Source: a virus
Length of the DNA: 64,000 nt
Virus record (IMG/VR): IMGVR_UViG_3300037258_000282
Location: 32,001-96,000 of that record
Strand: one strand, 5' to 3'
The position numbers and the translations under genes are program-made. The notes under the pieces are model-generated. The model had not been told where the DNA came from. It made no database searches and was given only the letters and a program-made list of their open reading frames with translations. Below are positions 1-9,207 of this stretch, piece by piece (within the stretch, counting starts at the first letter, position 1; each line of letters opens with the position of its first letter).

Positions 1-194
1 GGAGAGACCATCTCGCACTTAGCCTCAATCTCACTGACTCTACTCTTGGGAATATCGTAGTGTGGAAACCCCGGTGTGTTATGAAACCAACACCTCTTGA
101 TGCTGAGATCGTGGGCCATCTTAGTCAAGTTCTCAAAGGAGAACGGGACGCATATTAGATGTCTCCGACCATCAGTGAGATATCGCAATGTCAT
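1..194 (-). CDS. DUF4031-like small protein, runs off the window end
   Basis: Read by hand: MTLRYLTDGRRHLICVPFSFENLTKMAHDLSIKRCWFHNTPGFPHYDIP; HYDI motif; sigma70-like promoter just upstream. Confidence 0.55.
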   Translation of the reverse strand, partial: MTLRYLTDGRRHLICVPFSFENLTKMAHDLSIKRCWFHNTPGFPHYDIPKSRVSEIEAKCEMVS

Positions 195-200
195 AGGCGA

Positions 201-229
201 ATACTATAACGCTTCGGATGATCTGTCAA
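201..229 (-). promoter_or_regulatory. sigma70-like early promoter
   Basis: TTGACA-17 nt-TAGTAT on the minus strand. Confidence 0.6.
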
Positions 230-360
230 CTGCCTATATGTGAAATATCTTCCCGCATCTGACGCACTTCAATTTAGAGAAGTGACAGGGATACCGATCC
301 GCAGAGTCATGATAATCGTGATAGTCGTGAACGTCGTCGGACATCTCGCACACCATAGCT

Positions 361-834
361 TCAGAGAGCCTCAGGTATGCCAGCATCGATCCCGTCGGCT
401 TGCGTAGGTCCGACCGGCTCAAGTGCTTTCCATTGAGCCAGGTCTCTAATCTGGCTCTTACGTACTCTAGCGAGGATCCAAGAATTGTAGTAAGAGTCAC
501 TCTCTAGTACTCTCCTGTCAACTTGCTCGCACAACTCGAGGTAAGTGGCAGCACTCTTGGATGCGCAAAGGTGCAGCACCTGTCGAAGAAAAATACCGCG
601 GCCAAAAACTTCAACATCTCTCAGTAACTCCTCGTTGGACCCATAGTAGTCCTTCCAGTCGGACTCTACCTTATATCTCTTTTTCTTCTTCTTGACCATC
701 TTGGTCTTAGAGAAGAAAAAGCTTTTCTTCCCGATGTACATTCTACCCGTTCTAGAGTTAGTTATCAGGTATACGAAGCTGACTGCTCCATATGGAACCT
801 CCTCGAGTGGAGTTCCACTATACGTCCACGACAT
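361..834 (-). CDS. GIY-YIG family nuclease
   Basis: FVYLITN...MYIGKK and ESDWKDYYGS motifs; likely start MSWTY at 834. Confidence 0.7.
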   Translation of the reverse strand: MSWTYSGTPLEEVPYGAVSFVYLITNSRTGRMYIGKKSFFFSKTKMVKKKKKRYKVESDWKDYYGSNEELLRDVEVFGRGIFLRQVLHLCASKSAATYLELCEQVDRRVLESDSYYNSWILARVRKSQIRDLAQWKALEPVGPTQADGIDAGIPEAL

Positions 835-888
835 CTCAAGATATTCCCCACGGGTATAACGAATCATTATACCCGATAGGAATATTTA

Positions 889-1095
889 TCAGCTATCCGG
901 ATGAACCTCGTAGTAAGCTTCGTCGAACGCCGGAGACCAGCTGCCGACGCATTCGTCTAGACCATCCGCGTCGTAGTTCTCAAACGCCTTGATGACTTCA
1001 GTATATAGGTTTACTCTCTCATCGTACTTGGAGATAGTCTCATCGATGATCTGAATAAGTTCTTCTATGAGAGTCGAACCAGAAGACCAACCCAT
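889..1095 (-). CDS. hypothetical protein
   Basis: 68-aa ORF, translationally coupled (TAATG) to the upstream small ORF. Confidence 0.6.
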   Translation of the reverse strand: MGWSSGSTLIEELIQIIDETISKYDERVNLYTEVIKAFENYDADGLDECVGSWSPAFDEAYYEVHPDS

Positions 1096-1235
1096 TACTG
1101 CGCGAACCTCTCTTCTTGAGTTAGACTGATCCAGTAGTTCCAGGAGACCTCGTCGCCACTTGAGAGAACTACTACGTACTCTCCATCTCTATACCGAACG
1201 TTGGCGACGTGAACTCTACTCTTCCTGTCTATCAT
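1095..1235 (-). CDS. 46-aa hypothetical protein, not in the ORF track
   Basis: MIDRKSRVHVANVRY...RFAQ; ATGA overlap with the nrdJ stop and TAATG overlap downstream. Confidence 0.5.
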   Translation of the reverse strand: MIDRKSRVHVANVRYRDGEYVVVLSSGDEVSWNYWISLTQEERFAQ

Positions 1236-3193
1236 ACCTCGCATCCTCCAGCTCCCGTGCAGGCCAGCTCATGTGATGATGTAGTAGTGTCCTCTAACTC
1301 ATACTCTGGGAGCTTCTTCCAGTCTATCTTCTCGGGCATCTGAGCTACTAGTTGGTCGTATTCTTCACGCGAGCACGCCGAGAATGGAGCCTGTCGATAC
1401 GTGTGCCCGTCCTCTTCCGCGGGAAGGAACGACACTCCAGAGAGCCACTCGAAGTTCTCATAGCACCAGGCTCCAACCGCGAGCCACTCACTCTCTCGAA
1501 CCGACACTGTGATAGACGGCTTGTGCTCGCACCAATACTTCTGATATATCAACCAGAGCTCGAGATGGCTGATGGCGTCGACATCGCTCTTAAATATTGA
1601 GTCACAAGGTGATTTCAGTGGAAACTTAAACACCACGTTTCTCTGGTTATAGAAGTCTATCTCATGTGGAACACCCGCGTCGATCATGAACTTAGTTACT
1701 GGATCGTTGGTCGAGTTTCTAACGTGCCTGATGTAGAACGCCGAGTGCGCCGGATGAATTCCAGAAGAAGTTCCATTCAGAGCAGAGGAAGTTCCAGATG
1801 GCTTGACGCACGTTATAGCCACAGAAGAGTTGATGCCTATCTTAGAAGCTAGTTCCCTGTTGACTACTATCGCCCCACGCTTAAGTCTCGTGAGCAGACT
1901 CACGAGAGCGGGCCTAGGCCCGTATCCATTAGTTAGAATATTGTCGAATATTCCCGTGAGAGATACTCCGAGAAGTCGCTCATCCTCGCAGTTTCGCTGC
2001 CACTTCTTGTTGATGAAGCGAAAGTTAGAGAGACACGCCTGAAACGTTCCTAATATCGTAGCTATCCTGATCTTTCTAACCAGCGACTCTTCCGTGTCAT
2101 CTGGACGAATTATCACCTCAGTTAGGTTACAGAATTCTAATTCCCTCAAGATTATCTCGACGCAAGGATTTGTCCCAAATTCATGATCTGGATCTCTGAG
2201 CCTATAGAGCTCTTCTCCAGCATCTTGGTTTAGTAACTTCCTAAAGTCATTAGCGTTATTAATCACGGTTCTCATGGCTGGTCTAGAGATTATACCCCGC
2301 TCACCGGACTTAGACTCATAGAGTGAGATCCACTCTCGCATGAACGTCCCAATGTCTGGCTTTGATTCGTAGACCGCCGAGTTATTGGAGAGAGATCTCT
2401 GGTTATCCTTTACCCACCACTGTCCCTTCTTACAGTCTCTCATCCTATCATCCGAGAGATCGGACAGGGATATGAGGGCCGATCTCCTGACTCCACCTAC
2501 GACGACGATCTCGGCGATCTTACACACTAAGTCGTGACACTCTATCGTCGATAGCTTCCTTCCGGCGGCGCGGCGAAAGAGGGCGGCGGAGAACGTCAGT
2601 AGGTCGACGAGAGGATCTGGTCCCGACGCTCGACCACCGAAGATCTTCAGCTTAGCTCCCATCGGTCGTATCTTCGACACGTCGTACTTGGGTATCTGAC
2701 CTACGGCCAGCAGCGACATCCACTCACGAAAGCCCTTGGCCCATCCAGTTCTAGAGTCCTCAAACACTATCACGGTATCTGACTCGTAGAATTCATCTGG
2801 AAGAGTGGGAAGCTTTGAGATGTACTGCTTCTCAACCGAGAAGCCCATGCCTGAGCCAAGCATGAGAGTGTAGAGAGTCTCGTCGAACGACCTCAGCGAG
2901 TCGATTGGAATATACGCGCAGTTGAAAATAGCGCCCGGGTCTCTCTTTAGAGCCGGCCCTGCCGTCATGAGTCCACGCATGGACGGCATCCCCTCGTGAT
3001 CTAGGACAGCCTGCTCGAGTTCGGGCCTATAGCTTGAGAAATCAAAGGCATACTCCTCTCGCATGAACGACTCCATAAAGTCGAAGTAGCGAGCGACAGT
3101 CTCGGGCCAAGTCTCTCTCCTCTTCTCACGGTCGAGATACTTAGCGTATCTCGACACGTAGATGAACTGCTGATAGACTGAGTCCTCGTACAT
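1232..3193 (-). CDS. nrdJ: class II (adenosylcobalamin-dependent) ribonucleotide reductase
   Basis: FNCAY, VVVGGVRRSA, TNPCVEI, CVKPSGT motifs and C-terminal CTGAGGCEV; AAGGAG SD before ATG at 3193; no beta-subunit gene adjacent. Confidence 0.9.
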   Translation of the reverse strand: MYEDSVYQQFIYVSRYAKYLDREKRRETWPETVARYFDFMESFMREEYAFDFSSYRPELEQAVLDHEGMPSMRGLMTAGPALKRDPGAIFNCAYIPIDSLRSFDETLYTLMLGSGMGFSVEKQYISKLPTLPDEFYESDTVIVFEDSRTGWAKGFREWMSLLAVGQIPKYDVSKIRPMGAKLKIFGGRASGPDPLVDLLTFSAALFRRAAGRKLSTIECHDLVCKIAEIVVVGGVRRSALISLSDLSDDRMRDCKKGQWWVKDNQRSLSNNSAVYESKPDIGTFMREWISLYESKSGERGIISRPAMRTVINNANDFRKLLNQDAGEELYRLRDPDHEFGTNPCVEIILRELEFCNLTEVIIRPDDTEESLVRKIRIATILGTFQACLSNFRFINKKWQRNCEDERLLGVSLTGIFDNILTNGYGPRPALVSLLTRLKRGAIVVNRELASKIGINSSVAITCVKPSGTSSALNGTSSGIHPAHSAFYIRHVRNSTNDPVTKFMIDAGVPHEIDFYNQRNVVFKFPLKSPCDSIFKSDVDAISHLELWLIYQKYWCEHKPSITVSVRESEWLAVGAWCYENFEWLSGVSFLPAEEDGHTYRQAPFSACSREEYDQLVAQMPEKIDWKKLPEYELEDTTTSSHELACTGAGGCEV

Positions 3194-3392
3194 ATCTTCT
3201 CCTTGAAAAATAAAATAAGCGCGACTGAGACGATGCAATCGTGTCTGTCGGGCGCGGAAATCTATATTATGATTGTATTACAGTGGAAACATTAATGGGA
3301 TGGGCCCACGTCAGGAGAAGAGACGCAACCATCGGAACTTTACTGAGTGCCCTCACTGCGATCCTCTTTCTTCTCTCGATCTCTAAGACTCA

Positions 3393-3695
3393 CTATTTAT
3401 AGTCTGGGGTGAACTCTTCCATCGGAACTATGGTAGTCACAGCTCCGTGGCTGGAGATCGTGATATCTAGTATGATTCTTAACTCCGGAATGAACAAATC
3501 TGCCCGAAGTTCATTGCGATCGATCACTTCTGGAGGATTATTTGTCTCATCGCACACTACTTTATAACCAAATACTTCAAGCAAATTATTCGAAATTTTT
3601 TTTCTCGTGATCGAATCATTTAGCTCGCCGTATGACATATCAAGTATCTCGTCAGCCGACTTCTGAATGATAGACATCATGATATCACTTACCAA
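3393..3695 (-). CDS. hypothetical protein with a sheath C-terminus-like VVCDETNN motif
   Basis: ORF track; KVVCDETNNPPEVIDRNELRADLFI resembles the end of gp18 in this window. Confidence 0.5.
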   Translation of the reverse strand: MVSDIMMSIIQKSADEILDMSYGELNDSITRKKISNNLLEVFGYKVVCDETNNPPEVIDRNELRADLFIPELRIILDITISSHGAVTTIVPMEEFTPDYK

Positions 3696-3888
3696 TTTCT
3701 ACTCCACATTAACATAGCCTAAAAACGGGCCGCCATATATACACCTGACTCTCGCGTCTCTCAATGTCTCGAGCCAACATCTCTGACAGATCGCGCACTT
3801 TCCAGATTCTAAAGCTTGCTTGGTGACTTTGTCGACTACTCTTACTCGCGGATCGTCAAAAGTGAAGTCAACTTCTATTCCATCAAAC

Positions 3889-4806
3889 CTACGCAGTCTC
3901 ATCAGGAATGGTCTTTCTGTATTGAATCCATCCGTGGCAAAAATTACCACTCAAGTGAGGATTAGCTGGAACGCCGGACGGAGTGAGATCGTCGGCTTTA
4001 GCCTGATGCTCGGTGGGAGACGCGTGCATAGGTTTCTCTCTAACGAACTTGTCGTGAAGCTCTATCGCCCTCTCCAAGTTCATATCAAAGCCATCTACCG
4101 TCTTATATGAAGTAGATCCGCATCTAGCTACAGAAAGCGCTATCGCGTTCCTATCAGACGCGAGAGCTGGTATTCCATCAGAATCTTCAATATGCAAGTC
4201 GTCAATACTAACAAACGGCCAGTGCCAGCGTCCTGGTGGTAGTACGTTGACTTGCGCGAAACCCATCGCCTTCCTGATCTCGCCCGCGAGTAGGCGGAAA
4301 TGCGGCTCCGCCGCCTCGTGATCTCTGAGAGCAAAGAAGTTTGACCATTCCGTAGACGTGACTACCACCGTGATGTGGGAAAACGGCTCAAGCAGGCGGT
4401 TGATTATCTGCTTGTGATATCCTAACCGAGCGTAGCGCTGGGCCTTCTTAACCGCATAGTCTCTCGCCTCGAGCCACTCTTCCTCGGCGTCGAAGACTGT
4501 TCGGTACCCATAATCTTCCTTAGACTCATCGTCTTCCATAAATTCGATATGTGGGCGGTGACCAATACCCTGCATGCCGGGTTTATTCATTCCCCACACG
4601 AGCGGTACGAATGGATCGCTCATGACGTCTTCGATAAGTTTTGCTACGGGAATAGCTCGACTAGACGCCGAGTTCCTCGACATCACTCTATGAGTCATAA
4701 ACTCAGAGTGAATGCACCTGGGATAGCGGAGCAGTAGCGTATCTATCCTAGAGTTAGTCAGGGCGTGTCGAGAGGCCAAGATGCTTTTAGCAGTGATAGT
4801 CGTCAA
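3889..4806 (-). CDS. thyX: flavin-dependent thymidylate synthase
   Basis: HSEFMTHRVMSRNSASSR motif, KQIINRLLEPF, HASPTEH. Confidence 0.88.
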   Translation of the reverse strand: MTTITAKSILASRHALTNSRIDTLLLRYPRCIHSEFMTHRVMSRNSASSRAIPVAKLIEDVMSDPFVPLVWGMNKPGMQGIGHRPHIEFMEDDESKEDYGYRTVFDAEEEWLEARDYAVKKAQRYARLGYHKQIINRLLEPFSHITVVVTSTEWSNFFALRDHEAAEPHFRLLAGEIRKAMGFAQVNVLPPGRWHWPFVSIDDLHIEDSDGIPALASDRNAIALSVARCGSTSYKTVDGFDMNLERAIELHDKFVREKPMHASPTEHQAKADDLTPSGVPANPHLSGNFCHGWIQYRKTIPDETA

Positions 4807-5825
4807 ATCTTTCTCCAGTCTGCGAGTCGCATTCTCGCCGATAATCCGTTAAACGTGTTTTCCTTAAGAATAAATTGAAAGTTAGTGCTCTCATCAGCGA
4901 GAAACATATCGTTGACGTCCTTATACGCGTGAAGATACTCCGGCCATATGGCCACAGAATATCCAAAGTCTATCGCCTTTGAGATCTTTCTTACCGTATC
5001 GGCAGATCTAGGCTCGTTGTCATAAACGATGACTAAGTTAGTCCTGGGAAATGACCGACAAGACGACGCGAGGTCTCCGCCGAGAGTGGCTATCGAGTTC
5101 TCAACGAACATCGAGTCGATCGGTCCTTCAAACACGTATATAGTCTTGTCTCTATCTACAGTATCTAAGCCATAGATAGAAGTAGACTCACCATCAAGCA
5201 TCGTGGTGATGTATTTAATAGAACCATGAGTACTTAAGAGCGCCCTACCCTGAAAGCCAAATAGCTTTCCCTCCTCTGATAGGAGTGGTATGAGTAGACG
5301 AGTCTCGTCTAAAGAGAGAGCTCGATCTGAGAACTTTCCAGGCAATAGAGAATTAGTAAATCCCATGAAGTTTGGACACTCGTATAGTTTAGTCCAATAC
5401 TTCTTGGGTATCTTCCTACTCTCGACGAAGTGAAGAGTTTTCGAAGTTGACTCTAAGACTGACACTCGCTTAAGTCGCTTGAGGCATCCCATGTCGTCGA
5501 ATCGAGGAGGGGCGTATTCAACAGTCGCGATCTTAGGGAGGGCCTCCCTCTTGTCTCTCAGTAGATCGAGAGAGTACTCTCCATAAGAGACTGGATCAAA
5601 ATCTTTGAGAAAGGTGGAAAACCTCCTGGAGGCGCAGCCGTTGTGACAGTGAAAGAACCACTGCCCGTCGCGAGTATGAAAGTAGGCGCGAGCCTTAGTC
5701 TTTGATCTCTTGGAGTCTCCGCAGAAGCAGCAGCGAAAGTTATAGAGAGAGTCACTCTTCCTGCTGAATCTCTCTAACTTTACGGACACCTGATTTATGT
5801 ACTTAACGTCTACCCAGGAGCTCAA
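4803..5825 (-). CDS. 61: DNA primase, T4 gp61-like
   Basis: Zn ribbon CCFCGDS...HCHNGC; TOPRIM EGPIDSMF and YDNEPR; KDVND. Confidence 0.92.
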   Translation of the reverse strand: MSSWVDVKYINQVSVKLERFSRKSDSLYNFRCCFCGDSKRSKTKARAYFHTRDGQWFFHCHNGCASRRFSTFLKDFDPVSYGEYSLDLLRDKREALPKIATVEYAPPRFDDMGCLKRLKRVSVLESTSKTLHFVESRKIPKKYWTKLYECPNFMGFTNSLLPGKFSDRALSLDETRLLIPLLSEEGKLFGFQGRALLSTHGSIKYITTMLDGESTSIYGLDTVDRDKTIYVFEGPIDSMFVENSIATLGGDLASSCRSFPRTNLVIVYDNEPRSADTVRKISKAIDFGYSVAIWPEYLHAYKDVNDMFLADESTNFQFILKENTFNGLSARMRLADWRKI

Positions 5826-5851
5826 TCACGTATCTCTCATATTGAGATACT

Positions 5852-5880
5852 AATCTATACCTCTACCATCGATTTGTCAA
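5852..5880 (-). promoter_or_regulatory. sigma70-like promoter for the primase operon
   Basis: TTGACA-17-TAGATT. Confidence 0.65.
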
Positions 5881-5883
5881 TAT

Positions 5884-6471
5884 TCACTTACTCACGTGAT
5901 CCGGGACCTCTGCTGGAGACGCTCCCCGTCTGACCTGAAGTTCTAGCTCTAGACTCTTTATCCTATCCTGAGCCGCAGCCAGCATCTCCGCGTCGTGCTT
6001 ATCCTCCAACTGAGTAGCTCTCGTCTCATCCCTGTTGATCCTCTCGCGCATGAGCTTTATCTCGCTGTTGAACGTGTCTGAAGTCACTGCTACTCTTGAG
6101 AAGTCCTTAAAATCTGACACGACCTGGCGAAGATCGTCGTTGATAGGCTTAAGTATGGCCGCGATAAGTCCGATAACTACTATAGCGACTCCGGCGGCGG
6201 TCGCCCAGAACGCGAGCCAGTTAGTGGACCGCGCCGAGTTCCAAGCGGCCGACTGAGTCTCTATCTTGGTGACTATATCCTTGATGGACTCAGAGATAGA
6301 CTCAGCCATGCCATGCATCTGAGACGAGAAGTCCTTCTGAACGTCATCAATCTTATCTGAGAGAGTTAGAAAATTGCGCTCGGCTCCAGACACTCTCTCA
6401 GAGAGCGCCCCGAGATTTATACTTCCCTCGGCCCAAGTGTTCTCGTAGTTGGTCCTACCGACGATCGGCAT
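5884..6471 (-). CDS. membrane protein with coiled coils
   Basis: One hydrophobic segment (WLAFWATAAGVAIVVIGLIAAIL) flanked by helical charged regions. Confidence 0.55.
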   Translation of the reverse strand: MPIVGRTNYENTWAEGSINLGALSERVSGAERNFLTLSDKIDDVQKDFSSQMHGMAESISESIKDIVTKIETQSAAWNSARSTNWLAFWATAAGVAIVVIGLIAAILKPINDDLRQVVSDFKDFSRVAVTSDTFNSEIKLMRERINRDETRATQLEDKHDAEMLAAAQDRIKSLELELQVRRGASPAEVPDHVSK

Positions 6472-6481
6472 CTTACTCTCC

Positions 6482-6664
6482 TCATTTTACTCTTGACAGC
6501 TTCTTAATCTTAACTATATCAGACAGCTTCTTGCGCTTGATGGGACGCGCTATTAGAAGTGGGTCGAACGTCTGAATAGGACCTGATGAGGACGAGGAGG
6601 CGCCCATGGAGTTAGTTGGAACTCCAGACTCAGTCTCAGCTATGATCTCTCTATCTTCTCTCAT
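6482..6664 (-). CDS. small hypothetical protein
   Basis: ATGA-coupled 60-aa ORF. Confidence 0.5.
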   Translation of the reverse strand: MREDREIIAETESGVPTNSMGASSSSSGPIQTFDPLLIARPIKRKKLSDIVKIKKLSRVK

Positions 6665-7053
6665 ATGCCTCTGAGTCTCTCTACTATCGCCTGTTCCATC
6701 GCTATGAATCTGGTATCCACTAACAGTTCGTCTCCTACGTTACGAATCTCATTCTGCATCACGTCGAGCAGTATAAGGAACGGCTTGACGTACTTCATCT
6801 GATCCTTCAACTTTAAGTATAATATCTTACATAAGACCACTGGACCAAAGCAGTTATTAAGTATTATGATGTGGTTGAGGATCAATCTCTCTTTGAGACT
6901 TCCGCCCTCGACGTACCGCGTTATCAACTTCTTTATGTATTTTACCCTGTTTATATCTTCCATCACGTCCTCTATCGAGGAGAACTTTACGTCTCGATAG
7001 TGGCGAACGCAGAAAAGGAGGAAATTATCTTCGACTAACTTTTCTTCGTTCAT
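6661..7053 (-). CDS. conserved T4-like phage hypothetical protein
   Basis: NFLLF...KYIKKL..RY...LKERLILNHIIIL motif seen in marine and alphaproteobacterial T4-likes. Confidence 0.7.
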   Translation of the reverse strand: MNEEKLVEDNFLLFCVRHYRDVKFSSIEDVMEDINRVKYIKKLITRYVEGGSLKERLILNHIIILNNCFGPVVLCKILYLKLKDQMKYVKPFLILLDVMQNEIRNVGDELLVDTRFIAMEQAIVERLRGI

Positions 7054-7056
7054 ATC

Positions 7057-7338
7057 TTAGAACGTCGACAGTGCCGCTCTCATCCAAGTATTAGATGAAG
7101 TGCACATATAAATGTAGCCAGAGTCATACGCGAAGTTTCCTGCGTTACCCACTGACGCGGAATTTGCTGGAGCTGAGTTGGAGATTATCACGTTGGCGCA
7201 GAGATTCGCTAACATTATCTGCCTGAGAGTGGCGTTAGCGTTCACTCCATTGGCGTTGTATATCACGAGCACCATGTCAGTAGCCGCCAGATTTGCGGCT
7301 ATTGGAAGCTCATCTACTGCTACTGGATTCTGGGCCAT
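7057..7338 (-). CDS. putative virion/fibre-associated protein
   Basis: AYDSGYIYMCTSSNTWMR motif common in tail-fibre-associated proteins. Confidence 0.5.
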   Translation of the reverse strand: MAQNPVAVDELPIAANLAATDMVLVIYNANGVNANATLRQIMLANLCANVIISNSAPANSASVGNAGNFAYDSGYIYMCTSSNTWMRAALSTF

Positions 7339-7341
7339 ATA

Positions 7342-8682
7342 TTAGACTGACCCACCGCCGGTATTGGCCACCGCCGAGATTATGTTGAGCAAGTCAGAAT
7401 AGAGTATCGCGTTGGCCGTGGAGTCCGCCGAGAAGGCGCCCTGCTTGCCGATAGTTCCAAGAGCTACGAGAGTCTCATAGTGGACTCTGTTAGCTCTTCC
7501 TCCTGCCACGAGAGTGAACACGTTCGCTCCATTCGAGGCGAAGAAAGATAGAGGCGCGGCGATGTTACCGTGAACTAGAGTTATTCCACTTCCTAGGTTG
7601 AACGTTGGAGTGAAGGTGTCGACCAATGGACCAACTCCATTTCCGTGGGCACCTGAAGCGTTGGAATATACTAGAGTATACGCGGAGGCGACGTTCGTGA
7701 ACCGAGATCCGGCATTCACTACTCCAAAGGATAGGTTTCCTCCGGTGGAGTTGGTCGTGACGTTGACGACCGCCGGAATTCCAAGCGTCGGCCACGTCAG
7801 CGGATATATGGTGATCAGATCTCCGTTGGTATAGGAGGTGACGTTAGTAGTTCCATTAGACCACGTCATTCCCTTCACGTTTCCATAGATCGCTCCGTTG
7901 GCATTGGCCGTGAAGCCGTATCCAGCGTTGCTTATGGTAAACTGAAGGTTTCCTCCAGTAGAGTTAGTCGTAAATGAGATGACGGCGTTGGCCTCGCCTC
8001 CCACGGCAGTTCCCTGCAAGTTGGCGACAGGCGACGCGATGATGAGCAGATTTGAGTTGCTCCATCCAGTAGCAGTTCCCGTGAGATATACGGAGTTGAC
8101 TACAGACGTCTGTGCTACGGCCGGCGTATTGTTACTAAATCCGAAGCCAGGATTAGCTATCGCGAATGATACCGGACCGCCGATCGAGTTTGTGGTCACT
8201 AGAGCGAGACCATTCGCTCCCGACGGGGATATTAAAGTCAATCCCATATTGTTGATATATGGACCAGGAGTGTTCGCGTTAGTGTTTACGTATGCGCCGT
8301 GAACTATGTTGACCTCGGCGATTGGTCCAGTACCGGCTCGACGAATATTCCAACCAGTGTGAGTTATGAGAGACCCAGAGCCACCGGTATTCGACGCTAC
8401 GGTCGAGTGAAGATTCGCAGAATGAGCGGTATTGACGCCGATGATTCCAACGGCGATTCCAGATAGGAACGCGCCTGGAGTAGTATTCTCGAACATCTGA
8501 ACGTCGACGTTAGCTCGCGAACCCGCGTACGTGTTTCCGAGGTGGGCGTTGGCGCCGTGTGGGGCTCCATTAGGAGCCCCCTTGACATAGACGTATGTCC
8601 CTAGCGGCGCGCCAATCGTAGTTTCTATCGTAGTCGTGCTGTTGGCCACGACGGAATTTGAGTTTAATCCCCACCCGCTCAA
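7342..8682 (-). CDS. putative virion structural protein, N/G/S/T-rich
   Basis: Repeated TTNS(T/I)GG motif; late promoter TATAAATA upstream; TTG start with AAGGAG SD. Confidence 0.6.
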   Translation of the reverse strand: MSGWGLNSNSVVANSTTTIETTIGAPLGTYVYVKGAPNGAPHGANAHLGNTYAGSRANVDVQMFENTTPGAFLSGIAVGIIGVNTAHSANLHSTVASNTGGSGSLITHTGWNIRRAGTGPIAEVNIVHGAYVNTNANTPGPYINNMGLTLISPSGANGLALVTTNSIGGPVSFAIANPGFGFSNNTPAVAQTSVVNSVYLTGTATGWSNSNLLIIASPVANLQGTAVGGEANAVISFTTNSTGGNLQFTISNAGYGFTANANGAIYGNVKGMTWSNGTTNVTSYTNGDLITIYPLTWPTLGIPAVVNVTTNSTGGNLSFGVVNAGSRFTNVASAYTLVYSNASGAHGNGVGPLVDTFTPTFNLGSGITLVHGNIAAPLSFFASNGANVFTLVAGGRANRVHYETLVALGTIGKQGAFSADSTANAILYSDLLNIISAVANTGGGSV

Positions 8683-8711
8683 GTGCGTCTCCTTAGGTTG
8701 TGATTTCTTAT

Positions 8712-8719
8712 TATTTATA
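8712..8719 (-). promoter_or_regulatory. T4-type late promoter
   Basis: TATAAATA 30 nt upstream of the 8682 start. Confidence 0.7.
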
Positions 8720-8747
8720 CCATTTGGAGACTTAACTTAGAACTCAG

Positions 8748-8939
8748 TCACTGAGTCATCATGTCGAGCACGTACGCAGACTGCTTGGATATCTTCCTCG
8801 CGACTCCATCAACTATGAGTATGTGGTGATCCTTATCGTACCTGAGATCGTGATAGTCGTGGATAACGCGCATAGCGGCCTCGTGATTACCGGCCGCTAT
8901 GATCTTCTTGATTAGATCTACCTTCTTTTCGTCAGTCAA
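8748..8939 (-). CDS. hypothetical protein
   Basis: ORF track; overlaps the upstream stop. Confidence 0.5.
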   Translation of the reverse strand: MTDEKKVDLIKKIIAAGNHEAAMRVIHDYHDLRYDKDHHILIVDGVARKISKQSAYVLDMMTQ

Positions 8940-9186
8940 CGCTCTCGACTATCCTTCCAAACTCTCGCTCGATCGACTCCTTGTCGTCTGGCTTTTCAGC
9001 TTCCATGTAGCTTGAGTAATACTCACCCACCACGTCAGTTGGAATTCCATGAGTTTTTCCCGTATCTGGATGAATCAAATGAATAAACCCAAATTCGTCA
9101 GTCTTACCCATCTTAACCTGAGCCATAAGGCTTGGAGTATCTGGCCTCTCTAGGTCGAGAGATCCCATGTACTGTCTCTTTACCAT
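8932..9186 (-). CDS. hypothetical protein
   Basis: ORF track; operon context. Confidence 0.5.
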   Translation of the reverse strand: MVKRQYMGSLDLERPDTPSLMAQVKMGKTDEFGFIHLIHPDTGKTHGIPTDVVGEYYSSYMEAEKPDDKESIEREFGRIVESVD

Positions 9187-9207
9187 TCACCACACCGTAA
9201 GTTAAAC

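Noticed and set aside
234-500. 88-aa ORF as annotated
   Set aside because: Overlaps the GIY-YIG gene; only the last ~40 codons (MVCEM...CVRC) could be a real small gene, with weak support
3194-3392. Cobalamin riboswitch or NrdR box upstream of nrdJ
   Set aside because: No clear B12 box, and only a weak partial NrdR-like match
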